A DNA stretch of 62,943 nt, filler included, from Octopus bimaculoides (GCF_001194135.2; 6 parts of 6 records of this genome joined end to end with filler, not necessarily neighbours in it); one strand, 5' to 3'; counted from the first letter of the whole stretch, positions 26,001 to 40,030 are shown. The notes: generated by a model from the sequence alone, not told the origin. Numbers and translations: made by a program.

Positions 26001-26500
26001 AATGGTTGTCAGAATCGGTAGAGCGTCGTAAGAAATGGTAAGGGATGGCTGGAGCGTCTAACGAATAGGGGACGAAAGTTGGCGGAATTAGTGGAGCGTT
26101 TAAAGAAATGATGGAGAATCGTTAGCAGTATGGTGGTTCGTTGAAAGTAATAGTGGAGAATGGTTGGAAGAATCGGTGGAGCTGTCGACCGAAATAGTAG
26201 TGGATGGTTGGTAGAATCGGTGAATCATCGAAAGAAATGGTAAAGGGTGGTTAACAGAACCAGTTGAGCGTTGAAAGAAATGGTGGAGAATGGGCGGCAG
26301 AATCGGTGGTGCGTCGAACCAAATAACTTGTAGTATTTGGTTAGGTCTTTTTGGTTACGAATTTAAAAGTCGCAGGTTTACTTGCTTTCCGTTATTCTGA
26401 ACTCGATAAAATATTAATTATATTGATATAGTAATCAATCATAAATTAGTGCCCCAGCATGGCCACATCCGACGACTGAAATATGTAAGCTAATAAAAGA
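26001..26500 (+). repeat. About eight degenerate ~43-bp tandem copies of a SINE 5' head, leading into a SINE body
   Basis: Unit like GAATGGTTGGCAGAATCGGTGGAGCGTCGAAAGAAATGGTGGA repeated 26001-26330; the last unit continues to a SINE-type tail (CCCCAGCATGGCCACA...GACTGAAA). Confidence 0.7.
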
Positions 26501-26570
26501 TTGTCTTTTGGAAGTATATAAAATTTTCCATTGTATTTCTATAAATCTGATAATCAAGAATGATTTGGAT

Positions 26571-26820
26571 ATTGGTTGATTCCGTTTGCTTAGCCAATGG
26601 GAGTGGGTGGGCAATATTGGATAGGAGGGGCGCTAATATACGGAACTGAATCAGTATAGTATCAAAGATACGGTATTTATCGCCTTTGTCGGAAGGAGGC
26701 TGAGCTCGATACGATTTAAATCAAGACTATAGAGAAACAGTACTTGTATGGTGTCCTATCCTAACTGACAGCCTTTGCCAGGAGGAAATATTCGGTTTCG
26801 AATGAATATTGTGACGTCAT
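26571..26820. promoter_or_regulatory. Promoter-like motif cluster (three CCAAT boxes, GC-box-like motif, perfect CRE)
   Basis: ATTGG 26571-75, CCAAT 26594-98, ATTGG 26616-20, GGAGGGGCG 26624-32, TGACGTCA 26812-19. No transcript evidence. Confidence 0.35.
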
Positions 26821-27395
26821 CACCCTAGCGGTATTTCTATCTTAAATTGTGTCTGTTATTATTCTCTCGGTTGTTATACCATCATTTTAGTTTAATGAAG
26901 CCCAAAATATTAATTAATATGTATATATTTCTTTGTTTTTAATAGCTTAGCCAGAGGAAAAACCTCCTTGACTGGGGAAAGAAGGATATTATATCCAGAA
27001 CAGATACTTGGCCCGATGCTTGCAGCATAGTGAGCTCTATCAAAACACCCAAAGTGGAGGTGTTAAAAAGGGCGACGGGTGGTTGAGTTAGTGTTGGCAT
27101 ATTCAATGTGAGAGGATGAAATTAATAAAAAAATAATGAGACGAAAAGAAAACGTAATTAGTGGATGATTAATGCTAGTTTCATGTATTTTGGCATCTCT
27201 AGATAACTCTAGATTTAATTTGGTCTTATTTTGACCTCATCAGCAGAGCATAGACTCGACCCTATTTGTCAAAGTTATAACCAGATAATTAGAGAGTAAA
27301 TCTCCACGACATTGCATTTGTTGACAGTGGAAAATAAAACAGTTTACAGAATAAGACAGACATCATCTGCATTAGAAAACAGCAGTTAGTATAGA

Positions 27396-27609
27396 GTGCC
27401 TCCTTCAAACGAGCCCACAACCTACGGGACCTCTTGGTCCACAGCTTCTTCCCCAACCCAACCTCCCAACCTGGCTCGTTCCCCTGCTCCCGCCCACGCT
27501 GCCGCACTTGCCCTTACCTCTCCAACACCACCCTCCTCACCAGCACCCATCACCGACCCTATCGCATCACCGACTCCTTCACCTGCACGTCTACCAACAT
27601 CATATATTG
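27396..27609 (+). mobile_element. Penelope-like element fragment (linker plus start of GIY-YIG endonuclease)
   Basis: SFKRAHNLRDLLVHS...PGSFPCSRPRCRTCP...ITDSFTCTSTNIIY, the typical PLE Cys motif and FTC-x-S-x-N-x-IY; runs into a gap. Locally C-rich composition differs from flanks. Confidence 0.85.
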
Positions 27610-27709
27610 NNNNNNNNNNNNNNNNNNNNNNNNNNNNNNNNNNNNNNNNNNNNTTAATTAATTAANNNNNNNNNNNNNNNNNNNNNNNNNNNNNNNNNNN
27701 NNNNNNNNN

Positions 27710-27740
<31 letters not shown>

Positions 27741-27786
27741 CACAGACGCACACACATCAATACACACACACGTATATGGCAGAAAA

Positions 27787-27877
27787 TATCTGTCCAAGGT
27801 GCTACGAGATTGGACTGAAGTCGAGACTAAAGGGTTTCAAAGCGAACTTCTTAACTACACAGTCAAGCCTTCGCCTA
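27787..27877 (-). mobile_element. Family A SINE 5' fragment
   Basis: Degenerate reverse complement of the family A head. Confidence 0.6.
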
Positions 27878-28534
27878 GATATATAGATGATCTTTTGATA
27901 AACATATTAGCAATCGTGTTATCACAGATTTATTATAACACTTAGGATAATGAAATTCTATTTAGAAACATACGGTAAGGCTATGTTGAACAATGAAACC
28001 GAAATAGAATGCTAAATTATATAAAGCTACACTACAAAGGAACCACCAAAGACAGACAATCTGCTCAGAACTGGTGAAGTAAACAAAGCACAGCATATAT
28101 TAATTAATAGGAGAATAGTTAGGAAAGGATATCGTAGAAGTTTTAGATTAATAAATGTAACTTCTATAAATGTCAAAGTAAGGTAGGGCTGTTTTACCTC
28201 CTCACTTCAAGCCAGTATATTGCTCTTGTGAACAGTTTATAAGCGCTAATTGCCGACACAGTCCAATATTAATTTTCACGAAACCTACTGTTTATTCTAC
28301 TAATGTAAATCTAATTAACATTCTAGCTATTTCTGTAATAAGTTACGAATATACAGTTCTCTACATTAACTTAATTGATTTATCAAGATTAGATTGGTAA
28401 ATAACGAAAATAAGGACTGCATTTAGAGTAGAATGTACAAATGACGACGCCGTATTATTATAATTAACACATCGAAAGATTGGGACAGAAACTGTTACAA
28501 CTAGAAAATTATTATAAAATTTCCATGGTAAAAC

Positions 28535-28600
<66 letters not shown>

Positions 28601-28672
28601 AGCCTGTCTGCATGTCTGTCTACGTGTCTATCTCTCTACGTATTCATCTATTTTATGTAACGATCTCTGTGC

Positions 28673-28716
<44 letters not shown>

Positions 28717-28725
28717 ATATATATG

Positions 28726-28756
<31 letters not shown>

Positions 28757-28811
28757 GTATATATATATATATATCTATGTATATATATATGTATATATAT
28801 ATATATGTATA

Positions 28812-28850
<39 letters not shown>

Positions 28851-28859
28851 ATATATATG

Positions 28860-28915
<56 letters not shown>
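28535..28915. repeat. Compound microsatellite (ATCT)n, (TA)n/(TATATG)n, (GA)n
   Basis: Direct reading. Confidence 0.9.
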
Positions 28916-31900
28916 GGGAACTGGGGCCGAGAAGATTAGTATCCTTAGCATGTATAAAGCAAAAGATTCAAATTTAGTGACAGGTAAGAATGGAACTACA
29001 GAATGTGTTGCAACAATATTTCGTACCTTCTGCATGAAAAAAGAGCCCCACTGAATGAAGTGGAGATGACAATGAAAAGGAAGAATATGTGCTGGGAAAC
29101 GGAAATGTCACTGTTGAGACCAAAAGAATTTTGATCGTGGCACAATTTCTAAAGCTTTCTCAATAAAAATTACAGAAGTATAATTAAGGATGAATAATTA
29201 TATCTGTATAAAATATCTGCAATTAAGCACGTTTATATCATACAGCTCTGTATTTGATAAAACGTGTATCCAATAGAGATGAAAGAGCCTGGGTATGAGA
29301 GAATAGTGCTTATGTTTGCACTGTGTAATAGAGATGAAAAACGTATAAACACACAACGTATTTCAGAGGTAAAGAAACGATAGGCTTTCTATGCGAAGCT
29401 AAATGTTTGATTTCATCAAAGCCATTTGTATATCGCTGTGAGCAATACGCAAATCTATTTGTTCGAAATGATTTAAATCATAATTCATGTTGCTTCTGCA
29501 ACTTGAGTATTTCTGACTAATAAATATTGTCATGTATTAAAGATATACGCTGTTAGTAATTACAGTTATGTCAGAGAGCTCTTTCAGATATGTGGCGAGA
29601 CGGAACTTAGTTTAATGTTTTGTACGTTTAAGCATTCGTTACTCTAAACAAGAACAAACTCACGGAATCGTTACGTTAGACATGTATATGTCACTTAGTA
29701 TTCACATATTATTAGTGTTTATGAAACATAAATACTCGTCTATACAATATGTGAATTCTTTCAGGTTATTTTTGTTATTTGTAGATTCGAGCATCCAAAT
29801 GAAATATAGTCGTATCGTTCAAATGAAAGAAAAGTTTTGCTGCAAATACAATTCGTGCACTTACATAAAATAATTCACCCCTCTATTCCTTTAACATTAT
29901 TCCATATATTTCTTTATAAACTTACTGACTAAGTGTTATTGCACAAAACAATTACTTTATAAACAGCTGATGAGTAATTTTTTTCTATTCACATAGCAGT
30001 GTCTTTGGTTTCTATTTCATAGATGTCTTCCTATAGCATTGAATGATACATATTCGCCATAAATATTCAAACACTTCAATCATGTAAACATTCAAAGTAG
30101 ACACAGTGTATGAAAGTTTTTCTTGTATCAGTTTTTCTTGTATCAGATAAACATATATAAATAACCAGATATATTCAGATTTGCAATACGGATTGCTTTA
30201 CATTAGGTACCTAACACACATGAATAAATGTATGAACATATATATTAAGAACAAGTAATTTTAGTTTAGTTATATAATATTCTTATATAGTCGTCGTTAC
30301 ACGTATTAAAATTCTCATCCAGAATGTAAATGTTATCAATTTAGAATACTTTACGAAAAGTCCCGGAATAAAAGACAATAAAATCAAAGCAATATTTTGT
30401 GTAAAATATTATTGTCATTTCTATGCAAACAAAATTTAGATTTCAGGGCGGTCTGTTCGTACCGTGTTTTTTAAGGATCAATTTGACTGAAAATCCTATT
30501 TATCTCTACGCTACAAAACGAAGATTGCCTGCAGTGTAAATAAGGCATATGTTATTAAACAATGGTTAAAAAAAAAAAGAAAAACGGTGAGTAACATTGG
30601 CATAAAATAGTGCTTTATAAGACATATTTGTGAATTCAAGCAAAACTGTTACGCAGTGCTTAGACATAATTTATTTTTAACACGACATCATCATGTTACT
30701 AGCGTTAAAGAAGTAACATGTTGCTCTTAATTTTCTGGAAAACATAAATTTGACATTAGCTGCAGAGACATACATCTCTCACTTTTCTCACTCATCTCAT
30801 CATAAAAACCCTGGAGTTTATAATTTACGACAGAAAGTTCTACAGAATATTTGAGACGAATATATTAAACCGAAAGTAAATCAAATTGTGACTTTGATAT
30901 TCGAACCCAGGTTAAAATACGAGTACGCAAAACTAGTAACGAAGTCTTGGGTGATAAATAATATATACATATAAGCAATTAAATTTCAGATAATTATTGG
31001 TATACTATTTGCATAATTGCATAAATTAATGTGATATTGCCCAATAATTATATGTAAAACTATTTTAACAGATTTGATTTTGTGAACGCAAGTAGAAGTG
31101 CTTATTAATGCATATATCATAATCATTGAATCACAACTTAAATTGCATATTATGTAGAATTTGCCGGAGATTCGCTAAATTGCAATTGTATGCATATGTT
31201 TCGTTTGAGAATAAGTAATTGAGTCGTTTTCCGATGCTATTCAACCGCTCATGAAGAGCTAAATTTAGAGCGAAATATATGCATTTCATATAGATAAGTC
31301 TCAGCTAGAAATTAAATGCATATTGAACATAGTAATAACTGTGATAATTGAGGGAACAAACGTATATGTTCGCCAGGTAAATTCAGACGTATTCTGTTGA
31401 TAACACGTTTCAAGATGTTCCAAGCAGGAAATCATTTGTCCTAAAATATCTAACATAAATGAGATAAATTATGAGTAACAAGAAATGAATTACAATTGTA
31501 AGTGGTCGAATGCTTCCAATCGGTTACCCAAGTGTTCTGTTCAGTCACTCAGCATCTGTACGCTAATGCTACTGAAAATATTTAAGGTAAACTATACAGA
31601 CGGCTATATTTACTGTCGTTAATATTTGGTACTTAACTTATTGATTAAAGATGTATGAATTTCGAGCGTAAAAGCCGCAACAAGATAATGTTAGACAGTC
31701 TCTCTATAAGGTCATTTCTGCCATTTATCGACAGTAATTCTAAAAAACGATAATTCATTTCAATAGCATAATTTTCCTGTTAGAAAATATTTTTTTCTTA
31801 CACACACAGACACACACACACACCTTCCTTCGAAGCACTGCTGTANNNNNNNNNNNNNNNNNNNNNNNNNNNNNNNNNNNNNNNNNNNNTTAATTAATTA

Positions 31901-31945
31901 ANNNNNNNNNNNNNNNNNNNNNNNNNNNNNNNNNNNNNNNNNNNN

Positions 31946-31983
<38 letters not shown>

Positions 31984-34900
31984 TAAATTATATACATATA
32001 CGTATATATGCATATATAATGTCCATATGTATATCTATATAAGAAAATTGTAGTCAGTCTCATAACATAATAATAGTGATCATAAATGTAGCATATGTAA
32101 AAACATAATATATATTCATATCATATTTCCGTTTCACTTGCAGAAATAGTTTTGTACATTATAGTGAGTAATGGTTAGCATATACGTAATCTAAGTTAGA
32201 TATCTGTCCTGACATATGCACTTCGTATACATTGCCACTCAGATGTTTGAGAACTGAAGTCGAAGCATTAAAGTGCATTTTTATGATATTTTATTAATGT
32301 TTTCAGCTATATACGAAACGCTGGTGTAGGTTTTAGGCTTAATTTAATTACATGGAAAAATGCGAGCAAGAGAAATAATTTTCTTAAGATTATAAACCCG
32401 GAAAAGTACTGGACAAGTTATTAGACTTGGAAAAGTTCAGGACAAGTTATTACATCTGGTAAAGTACAGCACAAGAAAACTTTTACTTAAAATATTGCAG
32501 CTAAGGAAATAAATTTCAAATAAAATATTTAGATGTAGAAAATATTAGCTTTTATTAAATCTAAAAAGTTTATTACGAGTTATTACTTCTATTTGTTATT
32601 ACTTGTTACTTCTACTGAAAATAAAAATAACTCAAAATATTTTTTGCAGTTTAAAAAAATTCATTTCAATTTTTTAAGTTATTAGTAATTAGAAATTTGA
32701 AAATGGGTTATAAAAATAATAGTAGTACATAATTAGTTAGTACAATAAATAGAATAATAAAAAGATTATATATATTACAGTAAAATCTACGTATAACAAC
32801 AAACGCACAGTAATATTTGCTTGAGTTATTGCTAAGTCTTCACATTTTTAGTCTTGACCCAATGCCTATTTTTTAAATAATGAATTTGCCTACCATATAT
32901 ACTATTCTACTTTTCATAAAACTTTAGCTATATTGGTTCTCATTTTTTTAAAGAATTTTAGTGTGTCAATATTTTAACAAAATGATGATACCTTTCTTAA
33001 TTATGATGTTACTTTGTAAATTAAAATGAAATAATTTTTAATTTTCAGATTTTATCCTTATCTGCAATATTTTGAGTAAACATTTTCTTGTTCTGTACTT
33101 TACTAGATGTAATAACTTGTCCTGTAATTTTTAAGATTTATAATCTTGAGAATATTATTTCTCTTGCTTGCATTCTTCCATGTAATCTATGTTTTTCCCA
33201 GGCTATGCTATTATTCTAATTAATAATGTGTCAATTAACGGTGTCATTGATAATATTTTCGTTATCCCAATGACGCCGGTGATATATATTAAAGTCCCCT
33301 TTTATATAGAACTATATTCATAAATAAGTATAGAACTATATTATCAGCCGCAAATTTGAGAAACAAACACTCATGACTTTTTTCTTTTAAAACTTCATTG
33401 CATGAGATTGATACCATGAAGCTCTTCGAATTGAGATCTATCATTAATAAAAAAGATAATTATACTTTTTTTTGCCTTACTTGTACTTTTCTTCATGATA
33501 TTTGACCTCAGAACGTTTTTCATACAAAATTTTGTTGCTTGGGACCAAAACTATGAAATCCTTCATGCTTTCTCCTATCATTGAAGCTAAGATAAATTTA
33601 TTTTCCTTTTAGAATAAAAAAGTTATTTAGATTTAAACTTGATTGGTGGTGTTACTTACTCTCCTATAACGTTGCTACAAATTTTGATGCAAACTTTTTT
33701 TCTACTGGATCAAATCTCAATTTCTTTATGCCAAAATGTAGCTAGGGAACAGTCCTCTTCAAAAATGTTAACAGTTTTTAATTTGGTTAGAACTGAATTA
33801 GCGACAAGCTCTGAAAGATGCTCTGTGTGAGTAAATTGCGGCTTTAAGAATATTATTCAACTACTACCGTAGTTGAATGGTCGGGCTATTAACTGATATA
33901 TTACCGAGAAAGAGATGGCATACATAGTAATTATTTGCCTAGATATTCTGTCTTTATATTTTTCTCTTTCATTTCTGTTGTTCGACTTTAGTAAAGAACA
34001 AATAAATGGTTGAAGTTTAATAATACTGGGAAGAATTATCCTTTTTTTAAGTACGATACATTCCATCCAATTAAAATCGAAACCATATCGATTTATTTTA
34101 ACGATTAGATTCTTTTCTTCGTCGGAGAAAAAACTTTTTTTTTCAAATAATCGTAAAATTTATATCATCTGTAGAAACATAGAGCAGATTGTATTTTTTA
34201 AATTTTTTTATATCCCTCATCATGTTCCTCATTTTGATTTATATGATTAGATGATGAAGGTTTATTGATTTTCGTGTTCCTTGTTTTGCAAGACATTTTG
34301 TTTCAAAGTTTTCTCGGCACATAATCCATGTTGTTTCTCTGACACTTAAGAACGTTACATTTTATAATCTCCAAAATTATTTGTCATATTGATTGTTATT
34401 TGCGAGATAACAAATTTGGAAAACTGTTGCTTTTTAAAGCACGTTCGCAAAACATCACTGTAGGTATTTTGTTATGTATCGTATTGATTCAGATTTCTTT
34501 CGCTCAGAAGCTAAAATTGGTTATCTATCTGTTAACAGGTGTTTAGCAATATCGGTGTTTATAGTAATCTATTTCAGTAGAACTAAGGGAGTATTTATAT
34601 AAGTTGTTTTGAGTGGATAACAGAAAATTTGTATAAATAACAGTTTTAATGGAAAATAATATTTCTTATCTTGGAGGCTTTTCAGAATATCAACCCTTAA
34701 TTTATCTTGTAAGATTCTGAGCTGGGAAATCGAAATTCTCAAAGAAGAAAGCAAAAACATTTTTATCTATCACTTCAATAATATGAGGTATGAGATCGCA
34801 CCAAACAGCATATATTTCCTTGACAACTGAGTAGACAAATGCTTTCCACAGTTATATATTAATGTATAATGTTATATATTAAGGTAGATAAAACATGCCT

Positions 34901-36484
34901 TCATTTACAAAAATTGTTATTAATCAGGTGTCAGTTGTGACATGCATGATGACGTATTACGTACGGTTCAATGGATTACAGCATAGCTGCCAAGCCAACA
35001 TTTGGTGTTAATTTTCATTGAAATTGCAGTCTTACTCAATTGAACTTGTGCAAACATTAAATGTTCTTTCATTGCATATCGTTAATAATTTATAGTAAGG
35101 ATGAATATTTTATATNNNNNNNNNNNNNNNNNNNNNNNNNNNNNNNNNNNNNNNNNNNNNNNNNNNNNNNNNNNNNNNNNNNNNNNNNNNNNNNNNNNNN
35201 NNNNNNNNNNNNNNNNNNNNNNNNNNNNNNNNNNNNNNNNNNNNNNNNNNNNNNNNNNNNNNNNNNNNNNNNNNNNNNNNNNNNNNNNNNNNNNNNNNNN
35301 NNNNNNNNNNNNNNNTATATACACATATATATATATACATATATATATACATATATATGTATGTATGTATGTTAAAGAGATAATATTGTTTCAGTCAAGT
35401 AAACCCGCAGAGAGCATATCGTAGTTATTTATTAATCGATGTCGATACGTTGACCTGAATTATACACATGTTACAATTTGAATGGTTTATTCAAATGATC
35501 CGACAGTCAGGCAACTGACAGAAAGAATGGGAAGGGTTATAATTTATGTACATTTATACATATGGATATACGTATATAATTTAAGTAAAATTATTCGTGT
35601 GGATATACGTATACATGTGTGTTTGAAGTACGCACATGCGTAAACACCTGTGTTAGTGTATAATAATGTATGTATGTGTGTGCATATGTGTATGTCTGTG
35701 TGCCTTCGTGTGTGTGTATGTTATAAACATATGATGCCTATCTAGAACACTGCTTACTTCGTAGAAAACAGCAGAAAATCTATTAGAAAATGCTTAATGA
35801 AATATTCTAGAGGATTTAATAGATTAAACAACTATGAATACTGTTTGTGACATACTTATAAATCAAGAGCTATTCAATGCATCCATCCATCTATACATAA
35901 AAACATACATACATACAGTTTAATGTGACATTCAATCAATTAGAAGGAAAATATGCATATAGAACAAGCTAATCGAAATGGATGTAGATAACTTCCCTTT
36001 AAGCAGCTCTTGACGATTTTGGCTTTTTAACATGATCGCTTGCCTCAGAGAGTCAGTAGATTTGTAGTAAAAGGTACTAATGAAATATGTTGTTAGGATA
36101 GGACAGTACAAAATGAGAAGGACATATGAGCCAAGGCAATGTCGATTTGACAAAAAAAAAAACGACGGAAATTGTAAGCGTTATGGGCAAGGCAAAAAGA
36201 ATACGAAACATAAACAATGACCTTACACAGTAACATTTTCGATTAAAGGGAAAATGACAGGTAATCCGAGTGCAGCAGCTGATATAGGTAAAGCTTAGAG
36301 AGAGAGAGAGTAGGTTTTGATATGGTAACTCTGAAACAAAGCGAAACAAAGAGAAAGGTGAAGTTTTGAAAAAAATAAGTAACAGCAAATAACAGGATTG
36401 TGGGAACTAAAAAGGAAAGAAATCTGGAGGAGGGGAGAATTTGCCACCGAAAGGCAGAGAACGAAGGGGAAAGCCATATATATA

Positions 36485-36826
36485 TTCTTTTATTCTTTTG
36501 TTTCAGTCATTTGACTGCAGCCGTGCCGGAGTAACGACCTTTGGTCGAACAAACCAACCCCAGGACTTCTCGGTCTCTTTTGCCGAACCGCTAAGTTATG
36601 GGGACATTAACAAAATAACATCGGTTGTCAAATGATAGTGGAAGGACAGACACAGACGCACAAGTATATATATATATATATACGACAGGCTTCTTTCAGT
36701 TTCCATCTACCAAATCCACCCACAAGGCTTTGTTCAGCCCGAGGTTATAGTTGAAGGCACTTGCCCAAGGTGCCACGCATTGGGACTGAACCCGGGACCA
36801 TGTGGTTGGGAGCCACTCCTGCGCCT
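36485..36826 (-). mobile_element. tRNA-derived SINE, family A (short deletion in head)
   Basis: Reverse complement aligns with 4521..4920. Confidence 0.85.
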
Positions 36827-37354
36827 ATTCACACACCCACTCCTACGTCTCTCTCTATATATAGATATATAACATGCAATTCTCGTAAAAAAAATACAGT
36901 TTCTAAAATAGAGAAATTCGAAGGATAGCTATAGTCCAATTTCAGAACGCTTGTCATGTCTACAGATGATATGGTTTCGAGTCCTACGAGCAGCTTTTCA
37001 CTTTTTCTATCCAAAAGGTTTTCAGCTCAATATTTATACGCTATTATTTGTAACTTTGCCTGCTTGCAGATTCACTGTATCATAATATACACATTCATTA
37101 ATAAATGAATGCACACACACACGGGTGCGCACGCGTGTATATATTTCATTATTTAGTTTAATTTAAGATTTCTTGCCAATAGAGAAAAAAGCGGTTTCTG
37201 TCCTAGATCCAAGGTTCCTTCATTGGAATTTCAACATCAACAACAGGGTATTTTTGTTTGTTTGTCTGTCTGTCTGTCTGTCTGTATGTATGTGCGTGCA
37301 AATTTGTATGATTTATGTATGTATTCTCATGCATATCTTGACATGCTAATATAT

Positions 37355-37985
37355 ATTTAAATGATAAACTTCTGGAAAGTTTTACAGATTTTTACAGTTG
37401 CTGTGATGGATAGGATTTGTAGTCTTCGAATTAGCTTTCTCCTTTCCGGTTTTGAGAAACTTAATTTCTCAAGAATGGCATTTAGGCAGTGTATTGCATA
37501 TCTCGGGGCCCCAATAATTACAGCTATAAACCTGAACTTGTAATCTGGATAGAGTAACTGCAGATATCTCAATAGTTCAGCATAGGTGTTCTCTTTTTCA
37601 CTGGTCTTCAGCTTTATGGTAACATTCGCTCGGCAGCTAATTTCCACAACTGTGCACAATTTCTCTTGGTTATCCCAAATCATTATATCAGGTCTGTTGT
37701 GATTACATTTTATTGAGGTCTTCAGTGCTACATTTCACCAGTATTCCTTTTTATTATGAGTGGCTATAACTTCTACCATATTGTAGGTTTTTATTTATTT
37801 GTCCTCGGGATTATCCTTTCGACGGATTTCCTTGTAGAGTTTCCTAGCTACATCGTCATGTCTCATCGGTAGATAATACCGTGATGACATTTTCGGACAA
37901 CTGTTTATGATGTGGGTGATATCTTCAGTGTAAACTCCACAAAATCTGCATCGGTTGTCCCATTTTACGTTTTTTTTCTGCATCT
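37355..37985 (-). mobile_element. 3' end of a second RLE-type non-LTR retrotransposon
   Basis: CRFCGVYTEDITHIINSC...RHDDVAR knuckle; RPD-MIWDNQEKLCTVVEISC...EKENTY endonuclease core; VIIGA; stop at ~37357. Confidence 0.85.
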
Positions 37986-38052
37986 CTATCCTTTTTCTAC
38001 ATCAGGTAATTAGTTGATATTTCCTGCATGTATGTATGTATGTATGTATGTG

Positions 38053-38115
<63 letters not shown>

Positions 38116-38493
38116 GCATATATATATATATGTATGTATGACGTGTGTGTGTATGTGCGTGCATGCGCGCGCGTGCTTGCGTGCGTGCGTGTTTATGTGT
38201 GTGTGTGTGTGTGTGTATAGACATATATCAATTAAATGGAATCCTATAAAGTAAGTTAAATCTAAACAACAAATAATTATTTCCTTCTGTCCAGAGTTGA
38301 ACATCTTTTAGAAAAGATATATTTAGCACCCATTTCCCATATATTTCTATCTATCGATAAATCAGTTCAACTGAAATATTATAAGCGCATTTTCATTCAA
38401 TATAATCACGTTATTGCCTTCAAGCCTAATATTGGTATTAAGTTTAAGATCTTTGAAACGTCATAAACATTATGCTGTATGCATGTCTACAGT

Positions 38494-38494
38494 A

Positions 38495-38556
<62 letters not shown>

Positions 38557-38592
38557 TTACTTCTACTACTGATGATGATGCTGATACTGAGG

Positions 38593-38663
<71 letters not shown>

Positions 38664-38696
38664 TGTAATGATAATGATAACGATAATAATAATTGT
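38494..38696. repeat. Compound (TAC)n-(GAT)n-(AAT)n microsatellite
   Basis: Direct reading. Confidence 0.95.
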
Positions 38697-39479
38697 CTGT
38701 AAAGAACCAAACTGAAGTGCTCAATCGATTTTTGCTTGAAAAATAAGGAAAATAATTTCTGAAAATTGTTTCTGTAATCTTCTATGATATTATTAATTAT
38801 TCATATTAGAGAAGCATTTGATGATGTAAAAGGAAATGAAATATTGTGCGCATCACGTCTGATAGAAATAATGATCTAGCTAGAATACAACTTTTTTTTT
38901 TTAAATGATATGGCTTTATTGAGTTGGCTCACAGAGAAGTTGATTTCTATTCTTCTGACTTTGTCTTGATGGCACGGAATTATGAAAGGTCTGACGCAAT
39001 ATAAAGCATTATGGTTATAGACGATCATTGATTTGTACTTCAAAAGAGTTCTAGAGCTCAGTGGTAACTTAAAATTGTCCGGGTGTGTAACGAAAACAAC
39101 CCTAGATCGATTCCTCTGATGCAACTAATAAATCAACTGTACATTTGATTCTGATAAGGGAGCTGTTTCAGCAGTTACAAACTATCATTTCTGTTTTTTT
39201 TTTTTGTATTTCGAACTGAGGAATTCATATTAGAGATTGTTGGCTTTATAGTTTGAATAAAAACAATGAATCTAGGTTCCTCACATTGTTTTAATTAATG
39301 ATTCTTCATGCTGGTATTCAGACAGCATTCCAGTGGGTGACATATTGTCAATTAGACAGAACGCGTAACAAAGTTAGCACCTATTATATCAATCGTGTTA
39401 GGTTGAAGGCGGAGTCGACTCAGGTGATATTTAAACTCAAACGACTGATAGAAAAAGGTAACTTTATACTACGAAAACT

Positions 39480-39830
39480 ATATTTAAGATAGATAAATAC
39501 AGCCCCATTAAGTATGAAATAGCCCGGCTATGGAAAATAAAGAAGGTGAAGATAGTGCCAATTATTGTTGGGTCCTTGAGAACAGTATCAGAAGGCGTGA
39601 AGGGGAATATATAGGAAATTGGAATAGAGTGCCCAGTAGAACTGTTACACAAGGTTTGCCTTCTTGGCACGGCCAGAATAATCAGGAAAGTATTAGATAA
39701 CTGGAAAGAACGGATAGCTTGGCTGCAGGTAGCAAGCCCGCTATGCATGCAAGACTCTGGGAGCTCCAACAAAACCTGTGATAAAGAGAAATAATAACAA
39801 CAACAATGATGATAATAATGTTGAAATTGA
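39480..39830 (+). mobile_element. 5'-truncated 3' end of the same R4/Dong-like family as 18620..20316
   Basis: IDKYSPIKYEIARLWKIKKVKIVPIIVGSLRTVS...CPVELLHKVCLLGTARIIRKVL; DNA nearly identical to 20150..20316; followed by 3' UTR and AAT/AAC tail. Confidence 0.85.
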
Positions 39831-39849
39831 AAATAATAATATAGATAAC

Positions 39850-40030
39850 AGCGATAGATGCTAGAATCGGTAGGAAACTGGATAGGGTGCCTTGCGTTAT
39901 TTATTTAGTCTTCTTTAATCACTGAGTTCAAATCTCAAAGAGTTCATTTTATTCTTCTGACAGCGCGAAAATAAAATACCTGTCAAGTACGGCTGCACCC
40001 GCACACGAAATCTGTGGTAGTGTTCCTATG
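39850..40030 (+). mobile_element. Degenerate tRNA-derived SINE, family E
   Basis: GCTAGAATCGGTAG head and CTGAGTTCAAATC B-box-like motif. Confidence 0.45.

Noticed and set aside
26001-26340. Possible CRISPR-like repeat array
   Set aside because: Eukaryotic context, contiguous degenerate units, no unique spacers, no cas genes.
27654-27665. TTAATTAATTAA palindrome, also at 31890-31901, 48897-48908, 56511-56522 and 60808-60819
   Set aside because: Always centred between runs of N and supplies stops in all six frames; an artificial contig-join spacer, not a biological motif.
38444-38715. Poly-T/N/L/I/V ORFs
   Set aside because: Translations of triplet microsatellites with no splice or domain support.
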